From NCBI GenBank assembly GCA_041946735.1, contig JBHGAY010000057.1, positions 1 through 11,328 on the forward strand: a stretch of 11,328 bases of DNA, in the 5' to 3' direction. The notes beneath the pieces were generated by a model, which was not told where the DNA came from, did no database searches, and worked only from the letters and a program-made list of their open reading frames with translations. Every line of letters begins with the position of its first letter. Position 1 is the first letter of the stretch. Both the position numbers and the translations under genes were made by a program. Below, one piece after another: positions 1 through 7,400 of the stretch. The stretch is from Candidatus Eiseniibacteriota bacterium. Lineage in GTDB: Bacteria > Eisenbacteria > RBG-16-71-46 > CAIMUX01 > VGJL01.

Positions 1-57
1 TCCCATGGCTCCCATTCTCCCTCCAAATGGAGCCTCCGGGAATCCCGGGGCGGTTCA
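1..57 (-). mobile_element. Left end of an IS3-family (IS51/IS629/IS6110-like) insertion sequence, including the probable transposase orfA start; the element continues outside the window
   Basis: The reverse complement of 1-57 reads TGAACCGCCCCGGGATTCCCGGAGGCTCC-ATTTGGAGGGAGAATGGGAGCC-ATG-GGA. TGAACCGCCCCGG is the terminal inverted repeat known from IS629/IS6110-type elements. It is followed by a purine-rich RBS inside a GGCTCC...GGAGCC hairpin and an ATG at 6-4 on the minus strand. Confidence 0.88.
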
Positions 58-63
58 CAACAC

Positions 64-1047
64 ATGACTCGATGCTTCGGCGGGACGCGTACGCTCAAAC
101 GGTGCAAGCTGGAGAGCAGCGGGTGGTTTTGCCACCACCATCGCTGGCAGCCGGTGCTCGTGGGTATCCCTATGCTGGCTACCCTAGCCGGGCTGTACCA
201 GGATCTCTTCAGGCCTCTATGTGAGAATCTGATCGTTCCGATCCGGCCGCCTGACTGCGCGATTGCCAGTGGTCCAATTGACCTACCCGACCCTTCGGAC
301 GGTCCATTGCAGTTTTCGAGCATCCGTGATCGTCGACGCCATCTCCTCACCATAACCAATCGCAACAAGGCGCCCCTCTCGAACTTGGACATCTACGTTC
401 AATTGCCGGAGGCGATACGCAGCATCAAGCTCGCGCAGCCATCCGCGAACTCCTCCCTTCTGGCTGCCGAGGCATGGGATACTCAACCTCTTCATGTCAC
501 TGGGGACATCCTTCCGACCTTCGTCCTCGAACCATTCGCTGAGGATGAGCTAACTGGCCTGTGGCGCGTCACAGTGAATGGTGTGCCGGCTTCGAGCGCC
601 GCTGTAATCGAGGTGATCACCGCGGCGGGAACAGAGTCGGGCCTCTACAGCACTGCCGCCCCGGACCTGGAGCGCCACGTCACCTCTGGTGAGGTGATGT
701 GGTTTATAGAACTACGCTACCAGGTATCGCGCGACGCCGAGTGCGTGACCCGCGACCTTCTGCTGCCTCTTGAATTCGATCGAGAAGACCGTAGTCTGGC
801 CATCGGTCGCTATCCGACTTCCTCATCGCGCGTCTTACTGCGGCATGGCCGGGGCGTTCGCCTCCCCGGGGTTTTCCGTACCAAGGGCTACCTCATGTTC
901 AAGGGACGTTCTGGAACCAGCTACGACGCTCCGTTCATGCTCGAGACGACCAAGAACATCGTGGTTCGCTTTGGTCTGTTTGGAGCGCCGCCCGATGAAC
1001 CAGGATTCGAAATACGCGTCGGCACGCCATCCAAGTCCTCCGGGTAA
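64..1047 (+). CDS. Hypothetical protein (327 aa): N-terminal C-x9-C-x8-C-x2-H putative Zn finger, one hydrophobic segment, beta-rich C-terminal region; cassette 1 gene
   Basis: Long ORF. MTRCFGGTRTLKRCKLESSGWFCHHH supplies C4, C14, C23 and H26. PVLVGIPMLATLAGLY is a candidate TM helix. LLTITNRNKAPLSNLDIYVQLP resembles an Ig-like beta-sandwich strand pattern. An attC-like site follows. Confidence 0.72.
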   Translation: MTRCFGGTRTLKRCKLESSGWFCHHHRWQPVLVGIPMLATLAGLYQDLFRPLCENLIVPIRPPDCAIASGPIDLPDPSDGPLQFSSIRDRRRHLLTITNRNKAPLSNLDIYVQLPEAIRSIKLAQPSANSSLLAAEAWDTQPLHVTGDILPTFVLEPFAEDELTGLWRVTVNGVPASSAAVIEVITAAGTESGLYSTAAPDLERHVTSGEVMWFIELRYQVSRDAECVTRDLLLPLEFDREDRSLAIGRYPTSSSRVLLRHGRGVRLPGVFRTKGYLMFKGRSGTSYDAPFMLETTKNIVVRFGLFGAPPDEPGFEIRVGTPSKSSG

Positions 1048-1129
1048 ATCGCAGGGACACATGAAACCAACCATGAGGCCGTGTGATGTCTCTCTCGTTT
1101 CCACAGGCTCTTCAGCGGCCTGACATGCT

Positions 1130-1239
1130 GTCGAACTCCCTGTTCCAGCGGGTGAGCGGCCCTTGGAGCACAAGGCTCCGCTCGTTCTTTCAGTGGTACG
1201 CGCCGCTCACCGCCGCACCGTGCATTAGCGGGGTTCGGT
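1130..1239 (+). other. attC-like recombination site 1 (110 bp)
   Basis: R'' is GTCGAAC (1130-1136) and R' is GTTCGGT (1233-1239). The L''-like TCCAGCGG pairs imperfectly with CCGTGCA, leaving one unpaired base. There is a perfect inner inverted repeat GGTGAGCGGC (1151-1160)/GCCGCTCACC (1202-1211). Confidence 0.72.
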
Positions 1240-1267
1240 GCTCGCCGCCGGCAGAAGGAGAGGTCGA

Positions 1268-1852
1268 ATGAGCAAAGAACCTCAGAACAACTCAGGGGGA
1301 ACCGGCGCCGGGGCGGTAGATGTCTTCGTCTCGTATGCCCGAGAGGATTTGTCGGCGGCACGACTTCTTACTGAGGCCTTGAGCAGCCGCGGCCTGACAT
1401 GCTGGCTGGCGGAAGACGACCTGCGCCCGGGTGATGACTTTGGTCGAAGAATCAGAGAGGCGCTCGATTCATCGCGCCTGTGTCTCCTAGTGCTTAGCAA
1501 AGCGTCCAGCACGTCTCGGCCATGGCTTTCGCGGGAGTGGTCTACGATCCTGGAGACTGCATGGCGGCGCAGGACCTGGATCGTGCTTCCCGTTCTTCTC
1601 GGTGGGGCTGAAGCGCCGCCTTTCGCACGTTCTTGGCATTCCATCCGTCTGTCCGAGGTCTCTCGCGACGTGGCCGAGCGGGCAGGAGATGAGGTTGTTG
1701 CTTCGATCTCCAGACCTGAAAGGACGAAGTCCGCGCGTCCATCCGAAGCCGATGTCCAGGCCGCGGCGCAACGTTTTACTGAAATGATCAGTGCTCTGCG
1801 AGCGCACGAGATCCCCGATGCCGAGGATGCGGAGGGGGTCTCTGATGAATGA
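1268..1852 (+). CDS. TIR-domain protein (TIR_2-like, 194 aa); cassette 2 gene 1
   Basis: TIR motifs: DVFVSYAREDL, LTCWLAEDDLRPGDDFGRRIREALDSSRLCLLVLSKAS, SRPWLSREW (putative catalytic Glu90) and IVLPVLL. ATG at 1268 is preceded by AAGGAGAGG, so it is preferred over the track's start at 1238. Confidence 0.9.
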   Translation: MSKEPQNNSGGTGAGAVDVFVSYAREDLSAARLLTEALSSRGLTCWLAEDDLRPGDDFGRRIREALDSSRLCLLVLSKASSTSRPWLSREWSTILETAWRRRTWIVLPVLLGGAEAPPFARSWHSIRLSEVSRDVAERAGDEVVASISRPERTKSARPSEADVQAAAQRFTEMISALRAHEIPDAEDAEGVSDE

Positions 1853-2516
1853 TCCCCGTTTCCGCCACCACGTGGGAGTTGGCCTCCTGAAATTCCCGCG
1901 GGAAAGGTCGGTCTTTATAAACTGTCCATTTACCGCGGACTACACACCGATGTTTGATGCGGTCGTCTTTTCGTCGTTGGCCTGCGGTTTTCTGCCCCGC
2001 TGTGCTCTCGAGAGCGGAAGTGTGTCTGTCTCCAGGATGGACAGGATCCTTGGCGCGATGAGCGCCTCCAAGTACTCAATCCATGACTTGACGTTGTGCA
2101 AAGGCCAGGGTGATCTGAATCTCGCGCGATTCAATATGCCCCTTGAACTTGGCATTGCTATGGCCCAACGATTCGCTAGCACACCTGAAAGCCCCGACAC
2201 ACACGACTGGCTGGTGCTCGTTCCAACAGATCACGTTTACCAGCGCGTCATTTCCGACCTGGCAGGGTATGATCCGGGTACGTATGACCTCTCAGTAGAG
2301 GGTATCATACCAGCTGTCATGTCCTGGTTGGCAAGTCGCGACGATGCGATCGTGACTGCCACGCCGCGGGCCGTGCAGGAGGTTCTTCCACAATTCACTA
2401 CCAGGAAGGAGGAGCTCGTTGCAGCTTGGGGTACGAAGCTCCCGTGGACGGACTTGCTGGTGGCGGGGATTGAGGTCATCCGGGACGCCGGACTGATCCC
2501 ACCGAATGGCAACTGA
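1845..2516 (+). CDS. Conserved-looking hypothetical protein with a probable TIR/nucleoside 2-deoxyribosyltransferase-like (flavodoxin-type) fold (223 aa); cassette 2 gene 2
   Basis: ATG at 1845 overlaps the TIR gene end by 8 nt (ATGAATGA), with RBS GGAGGGGG at 1831-1838. The motifs SVFINCPF..Y, CGFLPRCALE, SRMDRI, SIHDLT, RFNMPLELGIA and ISDLAGYD follow the pattern 'VFI..PF / I.DL / N..(F/L)ELG.A / SDL.G' of NDT/TIR-like domains. The fold call is inference. Confidence 0.75.
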   Translation: MNDPRFRHHVGVGLLKFPRERSVFINCPFTADYTPMFDAVVFSSLACGFLPRCALESGSVSVSRMDRILGAMSASKYSIHDLTLCKGQGDLNLARFNMPLELGIAMAQRFASTPESPDTHDWLVLVPTDHVYQRVISDLAGYDPGTYDLSVEGIIPAVMSWLASRDDAIVTATPRAVQEVLPQFTTRKEELVAAWGTKLPWTDLLVAGIEVIRDAGLIPPNGN

Positions 2517-2567
2517 GCTTCGGAGGATGCGTCGGGAAGCTAACGAACGGCTGGAGTGGCGTGAGCC
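2501..2567 (+). other. Degenerate attC-like site 2 (67 bp), with both core triplets deviating from consensus
   Basis: R''-like ACCGAAT (AAC>AAT) is complementary to the cassette start GTTCGGT at 1233. R'-like GTGAGCC (GTT>GTG) is complementary to the next R'' GGCTAAC. Inner inverted repeat AGCTTC (2516-2521)/GAAGCT (2536-2541). The upstream gene's stop codon lies inside the site. Confidence 0.6.
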
Positions 2568-2585
2568 AGACATGGGGGGGACGCA

Positions 2586-3498
2586 GTGACTCTAAACGTG
2601 TCGGTGAGAGTACCAGATGGGATAGTCCTCGCTTCGGACAGCCTAGCGTCGTCGTTCGTCCCTCTTCGGCATCGGGTTCAGATTCAGCCACACAAGTGCC
2701 CGAGCTGTGGTCAGGAGGATCGCCGGCGGTGTGATCTCACTGGCCCCGATTGGAGTTCCCGCCGGCAGTACTCCATTAGCGGTCAAGCTGTTCTACTTGG
2801 ATAACTGCGGCTTGGTCTTCTTCGGCCAGTCCACCATCAATGGCCGTTCTCTCTTCAACCACGTGCTCGTGTTTCGTACCACGGTCTACAAGGTCGGAAT
2901 GCAGCTCGTGGAAATCGCGGACGCCATGGCCCGGCAGCTTGCGGCCGCTATCCGGACAGACGCGAGTCTAGGCGGAGTGCCGCCGGGCACGGAGCGCGGA
3001 GGCTTCCAAATAAGCGGGTATGACTCCGGCGACATTGATATCGGTCGCACATCTGTCGTGAGGTTCACAGTCGGCCAGGATCCAGAGCGAGATGACGGGC
3101 CGCCTGAGTACGGGGTAACGGTGACGGGAGTCCGCGACGTCGTGCAGAAACTATTCGCGAATCCCGACGGTGCAGTTACACCAGTCCCGGCTTTCGGCAA
3201 GATGACCTTGCCTGATGCCATCGACTATGCCAGGTACCTCGTCCAAACCACGCCAGACTATCAGCGCTTCGCCGACATGGTTCCCCTTGTAGGCGGCCCA
3301 ATAGACATCGCAGTTATAACAAAGTGGATTGGATTCCGCTGGATTCAGCGGAAGCGCATCCTGGGTGATGACACAACCCGGCGCAACGTCGGTAAGATCT
3401 CGCAAGAGATTGGGCAGATCCGCATGGACCTGCCGGAGATCATCCGCCGGTCACGACAAGGCGGCACGCACGATGAGCCTGAAGGGCCGACTGGCTAA
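2586..3498 (+). pseudogene. Proteasome-beta/HslV-like Ntn-hydrolase (threonine protease-like) gene split by a +1 frameshift near 2717-2718; about 303 aa if rejoined; cassette 3 gene
   Basis: Frame A (GTG 2586) gives (M)TLNVSVRVPDGIVLASDS, with Thr1 and Asp17 at proteasome-beta spacing. Frame B continues with VKLF..DNCGLVFFG, FQISGYD, YGVTVTG, MTLPDAIDYARYLV and VGGPIDIAVIT..GFRWI. Removing one G from CAG GAG G ATC joins them as ...KCPSCGQEIAGG... The split could be a sequencing error. Confidence 0.8.
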
Positions 3499-3554
3499 CG
3501 ATGGCGTTCACCCGCCGGCTGCCTCGCGTCCGCGGGTGATGCACGGCGTTATGA
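3493..3554 (+). other. attC site 3 (62 bp)
   Basis: R'' GGCTAAC contains the gene's TAA stop (3496-3498). TCACCCGC (3508-3515) pairs with GCGGGTGA (3532-3539), and the stem extends with one bulged base. R' is GTTATGA (3548-3554). Size and layout are typical of attC. Confidence 0.85.
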
Positions 3555-3931
3555 CTCAAGGAGTGCTTTGCCCGTGACGGCTCAACGCATGGTCGCCGTC
3601 CGCTATATCCTCGGCTTTCGAGAGGCAGGTCGCGTCGCGACGACTCAATTGGCTAATGAGCGGCGAGTGCTCGCTCTTCGGACGGCTGGTCGGCTATTCG
3701 GTAAAGCACCACGGGGGTGCCCGATCTGTCGCCACGCTTGGCAGAGCGAAGAGATCATGCTGTCACCGAGTCTGCGCGCGTGTGACACAGGAGTCAGGTG
3801 GCTTTCCGATCCTCTCGACGCGCACCATGCGCTGATCTCTCGGTCAAACTCCGGCGATGTACCGCATCTCGTGCCGGCCGGACCCTCTCTGGCGCTCTGG
3901 CGGGCGGGGGATGGTCGGCGGCGCCGCGGCG

Positions 3932-4006
3932 GTTCCCTCGTTCCTTCCGCGCTCGCTTTCGCGCTTTCGCGCCGGATAGCTGGTGTCTCGCTGTCTCGGC
4001 GTCTCG
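3932..4006. repeat. Cluster of short 8-bp tandem repeats
   Basis: GTTCCCTC/GTTCCTTC (3932-3947), CGCTTTCG x2 (3954-3969), GTGTCTCG/CTGTCTCG/GCGTCTCG (3983-4006). Confidence 0.65.
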
Positions 4007-4084
4007 GGCATAGACAGCCCGGGGTGACACCGGTCGACACCCCTTGCACACCGGCAACTCCGTACGGGAAGCCCGGATAAGTGC

Positions 4085-4113
4085 TTGAGCGACCCCGCGC
4101 GCTCGGGTACTCT
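4085..4113 (+). promoter_or_regulatory. Putative sigma70-type promoter for the DISARM operon
   Basis: TTGAGC (4085-4090), a 17-nt spacer and TACTCT (4108-4113), in a locally AT-richer patch about 290 nt upstream of drmD. Confidence 0.45.
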
Positions 4114-4257
4114 ATTCGCGCCCATCTGAACGAAAGCGGACGAATCGGGCCGATGTCGAAACCGAGGGGCAGCACCACGCAGGGAGACGACGACAGGTCC
4201 GCGGAACCATGCGGGCAGGCAGCGGCGCCCCCGCAAACGCAACCGGCACGGCCGCCT

Positions 4258-4383
4258 GCGCCGCCAGCACCGCCGGCACGTGCGGTGGCCGCAACCGCGC
4301 CGCCGGCACCGCCGGGGCGCCGGCAGCGGCGCACCGGCGCAGCGGCGCAACGGCGCACCCGCACCGCCGGCGCCGCCGCAACC
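4258..4383. repeat. GC-rich low-complexity repeat tract upstream of drmD
   Basis: 19-bp direct repeat GCGCCGCC(A/G)GCACCGCCGG at 4258-4276 and 4297-4315, plus CGGCGCAN x4 in tandem at 4327-4358. Confidence 0.75.
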
Positions 4384-4406
4384 TGACGAAGTGAGGAGGG
4401 GCGAGG

Positions 4407-7400
4407 GTGTCTACCTCTAATAAGGCCGGCCGAGTGGCCGACGCGCACACGGGGTCCACCACCCACACCGACCTGCCCACCCGGCTCCCGCAGCCCGGAG
4501 AGCTGGTGCATGTACGGTCCCGCAAGTGGCTGGTCGAGGAGGTGGAACCGGCGGCCGACCCGAGGCTGTCCGCCGTCGTACGGCTCGCGTGCGCCGAGGA
4601 CGACGCGCAGGGGCAGACGCTGGCGGTCTTCTGGAGCCACGAGCCGGACCGCAGCATCCTCGAGGAGGAGGGCTGGAAGGATCTCGCGAGCCGGGGCTTC
4701 GACCCTCCGCGGATGTTCTCGGCGTTCCTGCACACGCTCCGCTGGAACTGCGTGACGGCGACCGATCCGACGCTCTTCCAATCGCCGTTCCGCGCCGGTA
4801 TCAAGATCGACGCCTACCAGATGGAGCCGCTGCGCAAGGCGCTGCGCCTCCCGCGCGTCACCCTCTTCATCGCCGACGACACCGGCCTCGGCAAGACGAT
4901 CGAGGCGGGGTTGATCGCCCGCGAGCTGCTGCTGCGGCGCAAGGCGAAGACGATCGTCGTGTCGACGCCCCCCTCCGTCCTCGAGCAGTGGAAGGCGGAG
5001 CTGGAGGAGCGCTTCGGGCTCGTCTTCGAGATCCTCGACCGCGCCTACCTGACCCGGATGCGGCGCGAGCGAGGCTTCGGCGTGAACCCGTGGCGCACCC
5101 ACAGCCGTTTCCTCGTCTCGCACAACCTGCTGATCGACAGCTCCTACGCCGACCCGTTGCGGGAGTGGCTCGGGCCGCTCCTCCCCGGAAGCCTCCTGAT
5201 CCTCGACGAGGCGCACCACGCCGCGCCGGCGAGCGGCGGGCGCTACGGGATCGAGACGAAGTTCACGCGGGCGATCCGCGACCTGGCCGGGCGGTTCGAG
5301 CATCGCCTGTTCCTCTCCGCGACGCCGCACAACGGGCACTCGAACAGCTTCTCCACGCTGATGGAGATCCTCGACCCGTACCGGTTCACGCGGGGCGTGG
5401 ATCTGCGGCCGAAGGCGCTCGAGGAGGTGATGGTCCGCCGCCTGAAGGAGGACATCCGGGCGACCCAGGGAGGCTTCCCGAAGCGCGACATCGTTCGTGT
5501 GCCGATCGATGGCCTCCCGGTCGATGCGCCGGAGCTGCTCCTCTCCCGCCTCCTCGACGACTACCGCACCGCCCGCGAAGAGCGCTTCGCCTCGACCTCC
5601 AAGCGGGCGCAAGCGTCGGCGGGGCTCCTCGTCGTCGGCCTGCAGCAGCGGCTGCTCTCCTCGATCGAGGCGTTCGCGCGGAGCCTCAAGGTCCACCGGG
5701 CGACGGTGGAGCGGCAGTGGGAGAAGGGCCGCCCGGCCGGGGCTGCGGCTCTCGATTCTGCGGGGACGAGCGAGGCCGCCTCCGCCTCGCTCCTCACGCA
5801 GGCCCCCGACGCCGACGACGAGCGGGCCGACTGGACGGCCGAGGAGGCGGAGGCGGAGGAGGCGAGCGAGGTCGAAGCGGCCACGGCGGCGGCGGAGTCG
5901 GAGTCCCCGCGGGACGAGGCGGCCACGAAGAGCTGGCGCCGCGAGAAGGCGCTCCTCGAACAGATGCAGGAGATCGCCGAGCGGCACCGGCACCTGCCCG
6001 ATGCGAAGACCCGCTACCTGATCGACTGGATCCGCGAGAATCTCTGCCCCGATCTGCCGCCGTTCGGGAAGCCGGCGCCCAAGGGAACGCCGCCTCCGGA
6101 GTGGCGCAACCGCCGGGTGCTGATCTTCACCGAGAACCGCGAAGGGACGAAGCGGCACCTGAAGGAGATCCTCGAGTCTGCCATCGAGGGGACCGATCGC
6201 GCCGAGGAGCGGATCGAGGTGATCGATGGCCTGACGAGCAGCACGCGGCGCAAGGAGATCCAGCGGCGCTTCAACACCGACCCCGCGAAGGATCCGCTGC
6301 GGATCCTCCTCGCCACCGACGCAGCGCGCGAGGGGCTGAACTTCCAGGCGCACTGCGCCGACCTGTTCCACTTCGACCTGCCCTGGAATCCGGGACGGAT
6401 CGAGCAGCGCAACGGCCGGATCGACCGCAAGCTCCAGCCCGCCGACGAGGTGCGCTGCCATTACTTCGTCCTGCCCCAGCGCGCGGAGGACCGCGTGCTG
6501 GAGGTGCTCGTGCGGAAGACCGAGACGATCAAGAAGGAGCTGGGGAGTCTCTCGAAGGTGATCGACGACGACATCGAGCGGCGGCTCGCGCACGGCATCC
6601 GCCACCGCGACGCGCAGAGGCTCGCCGAGGAGATCGAAGCGGCCGACCTCGACGAGGCGCGCAAGCGGGCCACGGAGGAGGAGCTGGAAGCCGCGCGCGA
6701 GCGGCGCGACGCGCTGGACGCGCAGAACGACCGGTGCCGCAACCTGCTCGCCAAGTCGCGACTGGCGACCGCCTTCGATCCGAGGTCGTTTCGGGCGGCG
6801 CTGTCCTGCTCGCTCGAGATCCTGCACGCGCCGCCGCTCGCCGAGGCGACCGACGAGCACGGCCGCCGGGTCTACGTCTTCCCGCCGCTCGCCGGACCTA
6901 CCGCCCGCGATCAGAGCTGGGCGGCGACGCTCGATACGCTGCGCACGCCCCGTCGTCCCGACCAGAAGCTCGCCGACTGGCGGCGTGAGGCTCCGATCCG
7001 GCCGGTCGTCTTCGAGGACACCGGCATCCTGACCGAGGACACCGTCCACCTGCATCTGGAGCAGCGGGTCGCGCAGCGCCTGCTCTCGCGCTTCCGCGCT
7101 CAGGGGTTCGTGCATCACGACCTCTCGCGCGCCTGCCTCGCGCAGACGCGCGACTCGATCCCGCGTGTGATCCTCCTCGGGCGGCTCTCGCTCTACGGGC
7201 GTGGGGCCGAGCGGCTGCATGAGGAGATCGTCCCGGTGACGGCCCGTTGGGTGGAGCCGAGGCGGCGCAAGGGACGGCTCGAGCCGTACGCGCGCGCGGC
7301 GGAGGCGAAGACGCTCGACCTGCTCGACGACTCGCTGGAGGAGTCGGACGCGCTGCTGCCCGGCGATGCGATCCAGCGGAAGCTCCTCGCCTCGGCGGCG

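Larger units (their letters stand above)
58..3554 (+). mobile_element. Integron gene-cassette array with 3 attC-like sites; no intI in the window (CALIN or distal part of an integron)
   Basis: Co-oriented ORF units are each followed by an imperfect palindrome of the form ...AAC/...GTT. Cassette ends cross-match: GTTCGGTG (1233-1240) vs CACCGAAT (2500-2507), and GTGAGCCAG (2561-2569) vs CTGGCTAAC (3491-3499). GC is lower than in the DISARM genes (31/60 in 1921-1980 vs 46/60 in 5821-5880). Confidence 0.8.

Noticed and set aside
1268..2516. Calling the pair Thoeris (thsB/thsA)
   Set aside because: The partner lacks recognisable SIR2, SLOG or Macro/TM features, and the TIR looks TIR_2-like, so no gene symbol was assigned.
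2538..2567. AGCTAAC as the R'' of attC 2
   Set aside because: This would give a site of only 30 bp and does not complement the cassette start GTTCGGTG. CACCGAAT at 2500-2507 fits better.
3568..4080. 170-aa ORF as a full-length gene (contains CPIC)
   Set aside because: It has a plausible RBS, but no recognisable domain, an Arg-rich composition, and a 3' half that runs through octamer repeats and the putative promoter region. Kept only as a possible cassette remnant.
4081..4394. Short Pro/Ala/Arg-rich ORFs upstream of drmD (101 aa and 61 aa)
   Set aside because: They are translations of the GC-rich repeat tract. The 101-aa ORF begins on top of the predicted promoter, and neither has a convincing RBS or motif.
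4526..6988. 820-aa alternative-frame ORF and other nested ORFs inside drmD and drmMI
   Set aside because: These are Arg/Gly/Ala/Pro-rich off-frame translations, expected at this GC content, overlapping well-supported genes.
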